NCBI GenBank assembly: GCA_028534125.1 | Contig: CM052818.1 | Location: 8,248,001-8,312,000 of the forward strand | From: Lama glama | Lineage: Eukaryota | Reading direction: 5' to 3' | Length of the DNA: 64,000 bases | Part shown: one piece after another, positions 1-13,741 of the stretch | Layout: every line of letters starts with the position of its first letter | How positions within the stretch are numbered: the first letter of the stretch is position 1 | Program-made: the position numbers and the translations under genes | Notes under the pieces: generated by a model | What the model was told of the DNA's origin: nothing | The model's input: only the letters and a program-made list of their open reading frames with translations | Database searches by the model: none

Positions 1-1881
1 TTCCTATTGGATGTGTACCATAAAAAACAAACAACCCAACAAAAAACCCTGTACTCAAAGACTCAATGATACTATTACAGTTTAAATTTCATCAAGGAAA
101 ACATTTTAGAACCTCTCTCCCTTGCTATGTAAGTATTTACATAATATCTTCAAGTTTCCATATTGGCCTACAAAACCTAAAACATTTACTAATTGGCCCT
201 TTACATAACATAGACCCCTTATCTAGACTAAGGCAAATATAGTTAAGGAATGGGGACAGTCACAGTTGACAAGAAACTAAATAAAGAAGTAACACTGGCT
301 TTTATGAGAAAAATTAACAGAAGTGGTATGCATCTAAAAGACTGTTAACATATCAGAGTCAGAAACAATCACTTCATTATATCAATCTAATTAGATGTCC
401 ATCTAGACTCTAGATCATAGATTTTAACACTTACATTATGGAAGTTAATTATCCTTTCTATGAAGAAACTGGCATGGATTCAGGGAAGAGTGACAGTGAC
501 TAATATGGTGAAACTTAGTGTTTATTTTTATATGTTTTGAAAACTATAGCTCTTAAGCTCAAAAATGCCAAGATTACAAAGATAACAATTACTATTTAAA
601 ACTATACAAAGTACATTGAGCTATTTTATTGTCAGAGAAAAATTTTAAAAACAGAAATTAAAGCAGGGTGGTTTGTTTTAGTTTGTTTAGTCATAAGAAT
701 AATTTGTTGACTATCAGGAAGACAAAATGTTAATACCCGTTTCTGAGAGTTTTGGTTATGGTTAATTTTATACTCCTAGATATCTTCCAGAATAGAACCA
801 CCACCTTATTGTAGGATTTAAACTTTTAGCTACCTAGAGGCAAGAGCCAATCCATTAGTTTTCAAAAATCAGATGTTCTATGAAAGCATTACAATCCAGA
901 TTTCACAAGACAGCTCCATACCATATTAGAAATGTTATGAAAATTTTAAGCCATATAGCTAATATCCCAGTTGATACAAAAATATCACAAAATAGCAAGT
1001 AATTTACAGTTAATGACAGACAAGTAACATGTATTTTTATAAATGTATAATATCATTAAGGTGTTTCTTGGTGTTAGGACTACAAGGAGAAATAAGATGC
1101 TACTGATAAGCTGAAGAAAACTTATCATCTACTTAAGAAGGCAGACTAAATAAATAAAGGAAATAAATAATAAGTAAACATAAGCCTAGTGCCAAATGAG
1201 TGATATATGCATGAATGCACCAAGTACTTTAACAGAAACATAATTGGGACTTATAAATACCACCACTTATACAAAAATGAAAATATGTAAATCACTGTCT
1301 ACTTACTACTCATCAATAATGAGAAATTAGATTGTGGCAGTAATGACACTTCTTTTCTCTCAACCTAATGGCATATAAAGCTAAGTAAAGATAAGTCTTT
1401 TAAAAGCATCATTTTGATGTACTAACCCAGAGACAACAGGTCTCACATCACTGCTATGAGAACAAATAACCCACTAATCAAGTACGGTATTCTTTGCCAT
1501 CGAGAAACAAAAAAGGCCTCATAAAACTTTTCAATACAGTTCCCCAGGAAACCACCACTAATCATCCAGACTTGGCACTTAGGATGAAATTTATCTGCCA
1601 TGCAAGTTTCTAATCTCTTGAAGAACGGAAGAAACAATAAAGGCATAGTCTACTCATTTGATTTCAGTACATTAACCATAACATGTATGTATAAGAATAA
1701 CTAGCATTTTCATACTATTTTGAAATTTGGTTATTGCTTTTTCTAGAGTTTTAAGTATTTTAAGCTATGATTATTTTAAGTGTTGCTCTTTTAGTGAGGA
1801 TATTAAAAGCTTCTATTAATAATTTTTGTTAAAGTCCTTTATAGATTTTAAGATAATTAATGTTTTGATCTTTTATTTTAG

Positions 1882-1913
1882 AAGAAAACATGAGAGAAGA
1901 CTGCATCGGACAG
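1882..1913 (+). CDS. WDPCP: WDPCP penultimate coding exon (32 nt; ..ENMREDCIGQ)
   Basis: Pyrimidine tract and acceptor ttttattttag|AAG; donor CAG|gtaaaa. Splices in frame to the terminal exon at 20452 to give an acidic WDPCP-like C-terminus. Position fits WDPCP-OTX1 synteny. Confidence 0.75.
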
Positions 1914-2119
1914 GTAAAACATTTTCTCTTACTGTTTCTTAGACATCTAAATTTCAAAAGAAAAGGATACTTTATGTGATTATTTTGAACTTGGGAAAAG
2001 CTGCCTATTGGTATACATTAACTGGAAACATCTTTCTAGAAAACTACTCAGCTTTTCAGTATTTCAAAGTTATTATTAAAATAGCTATTTTTGAAAAATA
2101 AAATTATGCATAATGGAAT

Positions 2120-2310
2120 ATATACAAAGGAAATTATATATCTGGAATTTGCCTCGAAATAATCCAGTGGGAGAAAGGAGGGATATAGGTGACTCATAGT
2201 CACCATGAATTGATAACTGATGAAGGTGGGTCATGGGTAATATAGTAATTCATACATACAATTCTCTCTACTTTAGTATATGTTTGAAATTATCCAAAAT
2301 TTAACATTTA
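2120..2310 (+). mobile_element. Old L1 (L1MC/L1ME-type) 3' end fragment
   Basis: tctggaatttgcctcgaaataatcca...ctctctactttagtatatgtttgaaatt resembles old L1 3' UTR termini. Confidence 0.55.
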
Positions 2311-2559
2311 AAATTTATAAGTTTATAGTAAGTATGAAGTCATCCAATTCATTTTTATTACATCTGTGTGTAATTTTTATAGGTAAAACACATGGGGTCC
2401 CTCTCCTTATTCCATTGCTGATATCACATCTAAGTTCATTCTGAGAGGAGATATCAATGGCCTGTTATACCAATTTCAAAAAGTTATGTGTAAGTCAGAG
2501 AAAGCCTCATAATTTTATTAAAAGCCCACAGTGGATTATCATAGTAACTGATTCATAAT

Positions 2560-2720
2560 GAGATTTGAGTTTATATGATAGTTCCAGAATTAACGAATTA
2601 TAACTTTGGAAAAATCATTTCATCTCTGTAAGCCTTAACTACTTCATCTGTAAAACAGAGATAATTCCATATACTCACAGAATTTTTATAAAGCTCTATT
2701 ATGCCCATGTATGTGGTAGG
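2560..2720 (+). mobile_element. MIR SINE remnant
   Basis: MIR core-like ctttggaaaaatcatttcatctctgtaagcctt..cttcatctgtaaaacagagataat. Confidence 0.6.
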
Positions 2721-3479
2721 ACTTCGTTTATTATATGGAAATAAACTAAAGACAGTAATTATTAACATCATTGCTTCAATCTATTTGATGGACATACCTA
2801 TATTGAAAATATAATAATTGCTTGGAGGGAAATACCCATATTACAGTTGACTGTGCATGCATAATAATCTGCATTTAATTTGCTAAAGCTTAAAGAAACT
2901 TAACCATAAATTGTATATATTTTTAAGTAGCTTATCTTTAACACTAATTGTTAAAGAAAAAACTGTACCCTATCAAAACTTTACAGACACATCCACTTGG
3001 ATACACAAGTATATATGAGATCCAATCAAGAAACTGACTTCCCAAGAATATTTCTGGAAAGGTTGTTATACAGAATAAGAGAAATATCAGCTTGTGTGCT
3101 GAAGTATACAATGATTATCATAACCTAATTACTAGGCCACATGTCGTCAAGTTTAGATATTAATATAGCTTAAGTTCATATTAGCATTAACTCATATATA
3201 TTTTATGTTCAGCCCTCTGGCTTCTTGTTTAAGAAATATTATTAAGAACAGATAAAATACAGATTATAATACCCTGTCATTATTGCTTGCAGAGGTCTTT
3301 CTCATTCAAAATTGTCATATGCTACATTTTAAGAGTTTTGTGTGTTATAATTTTCTTTTAATATAATAACTTTTTTTCAACATGCTTCTCTTTATCAACT
3401 ATTTATCAACTTTAATCAACTGGAAATATTCAATAAATAAAATTTTTAATAAAGTAATTTATGCTAATTTATCACATGA

Positions 3480-3672
3480 CTATTATATGATTGACACTGG
3501 TCTCAGTACTTTAAATATTTTAATTCAGTTAATTTTCAAAACAACCAAATGAGGTGAGTACTACTATTAGCCCATTTTATAGACTAGAAAACAGACACCA
3601 ATGTTAAGTAACTTCCCCACCATCACACAGCTTGTGAGAAGTACAGCTGGAATTCAAACACTAACAGTCTGG
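3480..3672 (-). mobile_element. MIR SINE remnant
   Basis: tattagcccattttatagactagaaacaga..gttaagtaacttccc is an antisense MIR core. Confidence 0.65.
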
Positions 3673-3680
3673 CTCTAGAC

Positions 3681-3929
3681 CAGGGTTTCTCAACCTAGAA
3701 CAGGGTTTTTCAACCTCAGAGCTGTTGACATTTTGAGCTGAATAATTCTTTGTTTTGGAGGTGACATCCTGTGCATTATAGGATGTTTAGCAGCATCCCT
3801 GGTCTCTACCTAGTAGAAGCCAGTAGATTCCCCGCTTCAGTCACGACAACCAAGTAACATCTCCAGACATTGCCAAGTGTCTCCTTGGTGGAAGGGGATG
3901 GCAAAATCACCTTCAGTTGAGAAGCACTG
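3681..3929 (-). mobile_element. MER20 hAT DNA transposon
   Basis: Termini cagggtttctcaac / gttgagaagcactg; 8-bp TSD ctctagac (3673-3680) / ctctagag (3930-3937); internal tctccagacattgccaagtgtc. Confidence 0.8.
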
Positions 3930-3989
3930 CTCTAGAGAAACCACCACACAACACACCTTTTTAAAAATCACAATACAGAAATATGGAAA

Positions 3990-5078
3990 GCCAGAAAACA
4001 AAAATCACCTATAATTCTACTATCCAGAGATAATTATAAAAATTACTAATACTTTTTAAGCTTCTTGAGAGCTCCTCCTCGATTACATTCCTATCCCTCT
4101 ACCTACTCTCACAGCCCTAAATTTTATGTTAATCATTTCTTTGTTTGTCTTTATGGTTTCCCCATACGTGGCTACATCCCTAAATAATACTTAGTTTTAC
4201 TTATTTCTGAACGTCATACAAACAAAAACATAGTGCATTCTTTGTGTAACATGGTCTTTTCACTCCATACTGCTGTAATATATTCATGCTGACATGTATA
4301 GGTGTAAGTTTTATTCATTTCCACTGCCTAGTGTATTCACTGGATGAATATCATAATTTATTCATCTATTCTACTATCGGACACTTAGGTTGTTTCTAGC
4401 TTTTTCAATTACAAACAGTGCTGCCATGAACATTTTTCTATATATCCCTAGGGTATATACTCAAGAACAGAATTTCTGGTTATAGGCAGTGCACAGCTTC
4501 AATTTCAGTAATTCCAAATTTTTACCAAAGTACTTTTATCACATTAAATTCCCACTAGCTGAGTGTAAAAGTTTCCAATGCTCTACAATCTAACACTCAG
4601 ATTTAATATTCATATTTCAAAATTTTTGCCATTCCTAGCATCTGCAAAACAGCTTCTTCTTGAGATTTTGATCTGCACTTGCTAATTAATAATAAAGTTA
4701 AACATATGTTCATATGTTTCCAGTCATTCATGCTTCTTCTTTCTAGAAATGTCTATTCCTATCTTTCATTCATTTTTATTGGGTTATTTGTCTTTTTCTT
4801 ACTGATTTGAAGGAGTTCTTTATATATTCTGGAACTAATCCTTTGTCAGTGTTACAAATAACTTCTCCCTGTTTGTTGCTTCCCTCATTCCTGTCATTAT
4901 GGTTGTTAAAGAGAAATTCAGCCACATTAAAGATAAGAGTTACCACCCTTTCCTTTATAGTATATTTTTTATATCTTGTCAAAGATGCCCTTCCTTCTCT
5001 CAATGTTATACAGATATTCTCCTGTTATTAAAGTTTTTGCCTTTCACATTTATGTCTAATCCATTTGGATTGATTGAT
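3990..5078 (-). mobile_element. Old L1M fragment (antisense 3' region)
   Basis: Antisense L1 motifs ggacacttaggttgtttctag, gtgctgccatgaacatt, gaaggagttctttatatattctgga. Confidence 0.7.
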
Positions 5079-5108
5079 TGTGTGTGTATGTGTGTGTGTG
5101 TGTGTGTG
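5079..5108. repeat. (TG)n microsatellite
   Basis: Visible directly, with one interruption. Confidence 0.95.
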
Positions 5109-5365
5109 TTAATTACGCGTAAGCTCTGAATTAAACAGAATTATTCTAAGCATACACAGAAACAGTGTACTACTATTCTAAGCTAGAGTTTAGCTCTAAC
5201 TTGGATAAACGAAGCCTACAAATGGCCAAACGAAGCAAGAATAGCATGACCAACTTTATTTAAGTTGATTATATAATTAATCAGGCTCCATAGATATGTA
5301 TTATTTAGAAAGATTGTCATAATAAACCGAACAGATTTGTTTCACTCTTAAGAAACAACACAACA

Positions 5366-6476
5366 CAAAGGAAATAAAAGCAAAAATAAACAAATGAGAT
5401 CTAATTAAACTTAAAAGCTTTTGCACAGCAAAGGAAACCATTGACAACACGAAAAGACAACATACGGAATGGGAGAAAATATTTGCAAAAGATATGACTG
5501 ATAAGAGGTTAATATCCAAAATATATAAACAGCTCATACAACTCAACACCAAAAAAACAAACAACCCAATTAAAAAATGGGCAGAAGACCTGAATAGACA
5601 TTTTTCCAAAGAAGACATACAGATGGCCAACAGGCACATGAAAAGATGCTCAACATCGTTAATCATCAGAGAAATGCAAATGAGATATCAACTCACACCT
5701 GTCAGAATGACTATCATCAAAAAGAACACAAATAACAAATGTTGGTGAGGATGCGGAAAAAAGGGAACCCTCACACACTGCTGGTGGGAATGTAAATTGG
5801 TGCAGCCACTGTGGAAAACAGTATGGAGTTTTCTTAAAAAACTAAAAATAGAACTACCATATGATCCAGCAATTCCAATACACTCCTGGGTATATAGCTG
5901 AGAAAAACAAATTAAAAAAGATACATGCACCCTAATGTTCACAGCAGCACTATTTATAATTGCAAAGCATTATTTATAATTGCCAAGATATGGAAGCAAT
6001 CTATGTGTCCATCAGTAGATGAATATATAGAACAGATGTGGTAGATATATATATAATGGAATACTACTCAGCCATAAAAAAGAATGAAATTTTGCTATTT
6101 GCAACAACATAGATGGACTTGGAGGGTAGTATGCTAAGTGAAATAAGTCAGACAAGTACTATATGTGGAATCTAAAAAATAAACCAGTGAATACAACAAA
6201 ACAGAAACAGACTTACAGATATACAAAACACACTAGTGGTTAGCAGTGAGAAGAGGGAACTGGGAAGGAGCAAAATAGGGATGGGGGATTAAGAGATACA
6301 AACTATTATATATAAAGTAAGTAAGCTACCAGGATATATTGCACAATACAGGGAATATGGCCAATATTTTATAATAACTATAAATGGAGAGTAACCTTTA
6401 AAAATTGTGAATCACCATGTTGTACACCTGTAACATATATTATACATCAACTACACCTAAATTTTTTTAAAAAATG
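5366..6476 (+). mobile_element. 5'-truncated L1 (ORF2 C-terminus and 3' UTR)
   Basis: ORF 5494-5748 is L1 ORF2p C-terminal ([30 protein letters not shown]). 16-bp TSD aagaaacaacacaaca at 5350-5365 and 6477-6492. Confidence 0.92.
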
Positions 6477-9400
6477 AAGAAACAACACAACAAACCTCAA
6501 ATTCTCAACATACAGATCAGCAAATGGCTCAACCCTGGTCTATTTAATTCTAAGTCCCCACTATACAAGTATCCCTAGGTATTATTCTTTATGTGAAATT
6601 TTTAGGTTTAAATGTAAAATTCCCATGTCATGATTATAATAAATGGCATTTCTTTTTAAAATAAACATCATTTTTGTTCTGTATGCTTTACTTATGTATT
6701 TTGTATTTGTACTCTAGGCTGTTTCTTATATTACAATTTTAGATAACTTTGATGTAGTCAACAGTGAAAGTTGCTTATATTTAAGATAATTGTGGCTATG
6801 GCTCCCAGGCCTGGTACTCGGCAGATTTCATGAGTCAGTGAAAGGAAATAGCTCATACTAAAAACAGGAAAATGAAGGATCCATACTTGAATTTCATCAG
6901 ATGTCTCAAAAATGTGTTTTTACAGTTAATCTGTTCAAACTTAAGCATATTTGTCATGTCCCTTAAACTTGCTTTGTTCTCTAACAGAAGCCCTTTTTCT
7001 ATATGGTCCATTCCTTAGAGAAACTAGTTATTTATTCCAAGTAATGCCCCATATTCTGGGTTTGGTTGATAGATTGGTCATTTAACTTGTTCTTTTGTCC
7101 CCTGTTACTTCCTACACACTAGTATTTAGGACTATTTTCTTGCTTAAGTGCAACTTTCTAAGCAATTTTGTACATCGTATCATGATGTACATAAATTTTT
7201 GATTGCCCCAACTTTTAGTGATGCTATGACTGACCAACAGATTCAGATTGTATCTGATTCCTCCACTTAAAAATTCCCCATCAACCTTTCACTTGGTGAT
7301 TTTAAAATATATGGATGAACACTGCCTAATCATTTTTTCATGGGAACTATAAAAATAGGGATTTTCTCATTCTATCATTTCTTCTGTATTTGCTCCTCTT
7401 TTTAGATAGTATTTATCATTCTTTATTTCATATAACACGCTCCCAACTAACCAAACCAATTATCAAGTTCTCCTGATTTCTCTGAAATATTTCTAAAATC
7501 TAGCCCTACTGTAAATCAGTTCTTAATCATCTGCACTTGGAATACTACTTCCCAACTGATATCCTTATATTTGGTCTATCCCTACGCTGCTACCACTATC
7601 TCAAATATAGCCTCCACAAAGCTGGGAGAGTTATCTGCCTATCATTCCCCTGCCAAAAACCCCACAGAATGAAGTCCAACCTCCTTATTATGGTATATAA
7701 GGCTCTCCAATACCCAACCTCTGCTTTCCTCTCCACTTTCATCTTCTGCTACTCTCCACTTCAGAGTCTGAGTCATTTCATTGTTATATATCCCTAATAC
7801 CTGTTATATCACTTTGGATCGATAAATATTGATTTTTAGGTGCCAATGAATATTAATTAAACCAAACTAGACCTACTAGAATTACTTAGGTACCTTATTA
7901 GTAACACAATTTTTTTCCAATTTTTATTATGACAGATTTCAAATATACAGAAAAGCTGTAAGAACTGTACAGTAAACATACACACTCACTACCTAGATTC
8001 TATAATTAATGTTTTACAGTCATTGCTTTACCATGGATCTATCCATCAACCAGTTCTTTTATCAATCCATCTTACATTTTGATACATTTCAAAGTTGCAG
8101 ACATCTGTACACTTCACCCTTTTAAGTCATGTCAGTGTGTGTATCATTAACTAGAGTTTAATATTTATTTACAGTCCTCCCCCTCCCCTATAAAATGTGT
8201 ATACAATGAAATGCACAAATCTTAAGTATTCCATTATATGAGTGTGTGTGTATATACATATTATACATAAAATTCGTATTATTATAGACTACTACATATC
8301 TATTTATCTATCTATCTCCATCAATCCCCAGAGGACTTATACCCAGTTTTCTGCTCAGGCCTAAAGGTAGTTTACTGTTAAAGAAGTGACACTATTTTAA
8401 ATCACTGCTTATTTTAACCATGACCTAGCCTTAGGGTCATCAGAATATGGACTTTAAGAAAATTTCTTTGGGTGAAGTCCTCTATGGAATACATAGAGAA
8501 ATTCTAAGTGTAAAGTTCTCTGATGCTTTGAATTAGCTTGGTGTCAAACCTTCACTACTACAGGAGATACATTTTTCTCTAGTAGTATATGTTACTGCCT
8601 ATTTATAACTTCTGGAGAAAGTCTGTCTTTCAAATTTCTCCATTCACATTCTCCTTTGTCAAAAAACATGAAAAGAGAATTATGCTGCCATATCTTAATT
8701 TGAAGCAACCACCATTTGACAAAAAATCAGTATTAGTCATTGTGAAAACAAGAAATTCTCTGGCATTTTTTCCCCTGCAATAAGAAAATAATTCTACAAC
8801 TGCTTAACTAACTCCTCCTCACTTCTAAGGTTTACAGACCATCTTCACAGTGATCTTATTCCCTCAGGCACCCTGCAGTTTAGTAGACTGTTCTCCGATG
8901 GATATGGTACACTTTCTCCATAACTATTTTGAAAAACACACTTAAACAGATCTAAATTGAGTTAAAGTTAAGAGTCAGCCACAATGAAGAAAAAACAAAT
9001 TAGAAAATTCATGAATGGTTAACATGGTAAATTTTATGTTGTGTATATTTTACCAGTTTAAAAAAATAATCGAAAGAACAAGAAAGAAATGAAACCACCA
9101 GAGGTCTAGTTAGCTGTAGGGAGGATTCTGGCAGGGGTTTTTTACTAATGATAAAAGCTGAGGGAAAGAATCTGAGTTCTCTAAAAAAACTTTAATTGAA
9201 AATTTTTAAAGAAGCTAATTTGAGCTTACATATTGGAATGAGTTACTAGGTATGCAGCATATGTCTTGTTCCCTACCACTGATTTTGGTCATAGACAAGT
9301 AGGTAATAATCATGTAGTTTTACATCTGTCTTGCTGTACTACACATTGGCATACTGTCTTGAAAACTTGGAAGTGGCAGAAACTCATTCTTTTTAATGTG

Positions 9401-9510
9401 GAATTATGACAGATATGGGAATTTGCTGCTTATATGGCTCTTCCTGTCCTTACTATCACCCAGGAGGGTTGAGCCTGGTCAGAACAGAGCAGTACAGATA
9501 TAACAGAGCG

Positions 9511-9522
9511 TGTGTATATATA

Positions 9523-9571
<49 letters not shown>

Positions 9572-9585
9572 GTATGTATACATAC

Positions 9586-9618
<33 letters not shown>

Positions 9619-9627
9619 TAGATATAT
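9511..9627. repeat. Compound (TG)/(TA)/(CA) microsatellite forming an inverted repeat
   Basis: (TG)16-(TA)5-TGTATGTA|TACATACA-(TA)5-(CA)11 with inverted flanks atatatcta / tagatatat. Confidence 0.9.
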
Positions 9628-11934
9628 TCCCATTACTTACATGTTGACAATTATCCACATTAATAAAGAGCACCATACTGAAGTATAAGTGTGTAATTTC
9701 TAAAAATGTGGTAAAAAGTATCAATTTTTATGCTGGATAACATCTTTGAATACTTGTTGAGGTGGAATAAGTGATAAACTATTCTCATACTTATTTCTTT
9801 CCTCCAAAGATTAATTTTAAGAATATTTTAAAATGTATCCACATATTCTCTAAAGAGGTTAGTTACCTAAAATATTAACTAGAAAACAGAAGTGTGAACA
9901 CAGTCATAATATAGTGATCAGTTTTCATAGCTATGAACCAATTTATCTTAGTATTTATGACTTACCTACTTTTTGAAAGACTTGGGAAGAATTCACAAAA
10001 TTATTCTATAAGCAATATCTAAAATAAAATTATACAAGGCAAAAATCAATTAAAAGTTGCAAAGTAAGAAAGGTGGTTGACTATGTGGACTGTTTTATAC
10101 AAATTAAAAATGAGTTTAGCTCTGAATTGGGGAGGTTAAGGCAAAAAAGGGAAATAGGCTTACTTTGAGAGGCACAATTATATAATAGAAAGAATACAGA
10201 ATTTATAGGTGAAATATCTCAGTTCCAGTTTTGTTCCACTGCTTCCTCACTGCCACACACTTTTTTTCATTGAGACATTGTTGATTTAGTGTACAGCATA
10301 GTGATTCACCATTTTTAAAGATGATATGCTACTTAAAGTTATTATAAAATACTGACTATATTCCCTGTGCTGTACAGTATATCTTTGCAGTGTATTTATT
10401 TTATATAGAGTAGTCTGTGTCTCTATATCCCCTACCCCTATTGTGCCTCTCCCTCTTTCCTCTCCCCATTGGTAACCACTAGATTGTTTTCTATATCTGT
10501 GAGTCTCTGTTTTGTTATATTATCTACTTTGTTGCATTTTTAGATTCCATATATAAGTGATAACATATAGTATTTTTGCCTTTCTCTGTCTGCCTTGAAA
10601 TAATACCCTAAAAGTCCATTCATATTGCTGCAAATGGTAAATTTCATTTTTTATGGTTGAATTATATTCCACTGTACATATATCCCACATCTTCTTTATT
10701 TATTCATCTATTAATGGACACACAGGTTGCCTCCATGTCTTGACTACTGTAAATAATGCTGCTATGAACACTGGGGTGTATGTATGTTACGGATTTTTTT
10801 TTCATTTTCTTTAGATATATATACCAAGAGTGGAATTGCTGGGTCATATGGTAGTTCTATTTTTAGTTTTCTGAGGAACCTCCATACTGTTTTCTGTAGT
10901 GGCTGCACCAATTTGAATTCCCAACAGTGTACTATGTCCTAATTTCACATCCTCACCAGCATTTGTCATTTGTGTTCTTTTTGATAATAGTCATTCTGAC
11001 AGGTAAGAGGTAATATCTCATTGTGTCTCTGAATTGCATTTCTCTGATGATTAGTGATATTCAGCATCTTTTCATATAACCGTTGGTCATCAGTATGTCT
11101 TCTTTGGAAAAATGTCTATTCATGTCGTCTGCCTATTTTTTAATCAGGTTGGATTTTTTATAATTTAGTTGTACAGCTGTTTGTATATTTTGTATATTAA
11201 CCCCTTATCAGTCATATTATTTGCAAATATTTTTCCCATTCTGTAGGTTGTCTTTTCATTTTGTCAGTAGCCTCCTTTGCTATGCAAAAGCTTTTAAGTT
11301 TAATTAGTCCTATTTGTTTACTTTTGCATTTGTTTTCTTTGCTTTAAGAGGCAGATCCAAAAAAAAATTCCTACAATTTATGTTGAAGAGCGTTCTACTA
11401 TGATTTCTTCAAGTTTTATGGATTCCAATTTTACATTTAGGTTTTTAATCCATTATGAGTTTAGTTTTGTATATGCTATGAGAAAATGTTCTAATTTCAT
11501 TCTTTTACATGTATCTGTCCAGTACTCCCAGCATTACTTACTGAAGAGACTGTCTTTTCTACATTGTATGTTCTTGCTTCTTCTGCTGTAGATTAACTGA
11601 CCACAAGTGTGTGGGTTTATTTTTGGACTCTATTCTGTTCCACTGATCTATGTGTGTGGTTTTATGGCAGTGCTGTTTTGATTACTGTAGTTCTGTAGTA
11701 TAGGCTGAAGTCAGGGACCATGATACCATCAATTCTGTTCTTCTTTCTCGATCCTGTCTTGCATATTTGGGGTCTTTTGTGTTTCCACACAAATCTTTAA
11801 ATTTTTCTTACTCTAGTTCCTTGAAAAATGCCATTGGTATTTAGATAGGGATTGCACTGAATCTATAGATTGCCTTGGGTAGTACAGTCATTTTAATAAT
11901 ATTAGTTCTTCCAATCTATGAAAAAGGTATATTT

Positions 11935-12176
11935 GATAAACAATATTATGTGTTTCAGGCTTACAACATAATGATTCACAATTTTTAAAGGTTATACTCC
12001 ATTTATAGTTATTACATAACATTGGCTATCTTCCCTGTGTTGTACAATATAGCCTTGTAGCTTACTTTTTATACATAGTAGGTTGTACCTCTTAATCCCC
12101 ACCCCTATCTTGGCCTACCTCCCCTTCCCTCTCCCCACTGGTAACTGCTAGTTTGTTCTCTGTATCTGTGAGTCTG
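11935..12176 (-). mobile_element. Short L1 3' end nested in the older L1
   Basis: Repeats the L1 3' terminal block seen at 10290-10505 and 25790-26010 and interrupts ORF2 of the host L1. Confidence 0.7.
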
Positions 12177-13741
12177 GGAAACAGTACATCTTTCCATCTT
12201 TTTGTTTCATCTTGAATTCTTTCAACAGTGTCTTACATTTTTCCAAGTACAGGACTTACTTCCTTAGGTAAGTTATTCCTAGGTATTTTTTTGTTTTGTA
12301 TGCAACTGTAAATGGGATCATTTTCTTAATTTCTTTTCCTGATAGTTTATTGTTAGTGTATAGATATGCAACATATTTCTGAATATTAATTTTGTATCCT
12401 ACAACTTTACTAAATTTATTGATGAGCTCTAGTAGTTTTTTGGTGGCATTTTTAGGAATTTCTATGTTCAGTATCATGTCATCTGCAAACAGTGACAGTT
12501 TTACTTCTTCCTTTCCAGTTTAGATTCCTTTTATTTCTTGATATTTCTTCTCTGATTGCTATAGCTAGGACTTCCAATACTAGGTTGAATAAAAATGGTA
12601 AAGAGTGGGCATCCTTGTCCTATTTGTGATCTTAGAGGAAATGCTTTCAGCTTTTCACCATCAAGTATTATGTTAGCCGAGGGCTTATTCATTGAGATGA
12701 TGATACAATTTTATTCTTCAGTTTGTTCATGTGCTGTGTCACATTGATTGATCTGTGGATACTGAATCATCTTTGAATCCCTGGGATAAATTCCACTTGT
12801 TCATGGTATATGATCTTTTTAATGTACTGTTGAATTCAGTTTGTTAATACTTTGTTGAGGATTGTTGCATCTGTTCATCAGTGATACTGACTTGTAATTT
12901 TCTCTTTGTGTGGTAACTGTGTCTGGTTTTGGTGTCACGGTGATGCTGGCCTCACAGAATGAGTTCAGAAGCATTCGTTCCTCTGCAAGTTTTTGAAATA
13001 TTTTAGAATGATAGGTATTAACTTTTTCTCTCAGTGTTTGGTAGAATTCACCTGTGAAGCCATCTGGTCCTGGACTTTTGTTTGTTGGGATTTTTTTTAT
13101 TACTGATTTGATTTCATTACTGGTAATTAGTCTGTTCATAATTTTATTTCTTCCTGGTTCAGTATCGGGAGATTACATTTCCAGGGATTTGTCTATTTTT
13201 TCCACATTGTCCTTCTAATTGGCATGTAGCTGCTGGTAATAAACTCATGATTCTTTGTATTTCTGTGGTGTCAGTTGTAACTTCCCCTTTTTCGTTTATG
13301 ATTTTATTGATTTGAGTTCTGTCTTTTTTTCTTGATGAGTCTGGCTAAACGTTTTTCTTTTTTTTTAACCTTTTCACAGAACCAGCTCTTAGATTCATTG
13401 ATTTTTTTTCCTATTGTTTTTCAGTCTCTATTTCATTTATTTCTGCTCTGATCTTTATGATTTCTTTCCTTCAAGTAACTTTGGATTTTGTTTATTCTTT
13501 TTCTAGTTCCTTTAGATGTAAGGTTAGCCTTTTCATTTGAGATTTTTCTTCTTTCCTGATGTAAGTTTATACTGCTATAATATTCATCATTTTAAATGTA
13601 TCATGCCACTCTCCTCTGGCCTACAGAGTTTCTGCTGAAAAGTCAGCTGAGAGCCTGATGGGAGTTCCCATATATGTAACTTGTTGCTTTTTCCTTGATG
13701 TTTTTTTAATATTTTCTCTTTATCTGATTTTTGCCATTTTA

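Noticed and set aside
1443..1646. Short unique-sequence ORFs (also 25253-25552, 33573-33854, 34118-34387)
   Set aside because: No recognisable homology or exon context; lengths are compatible with chance.
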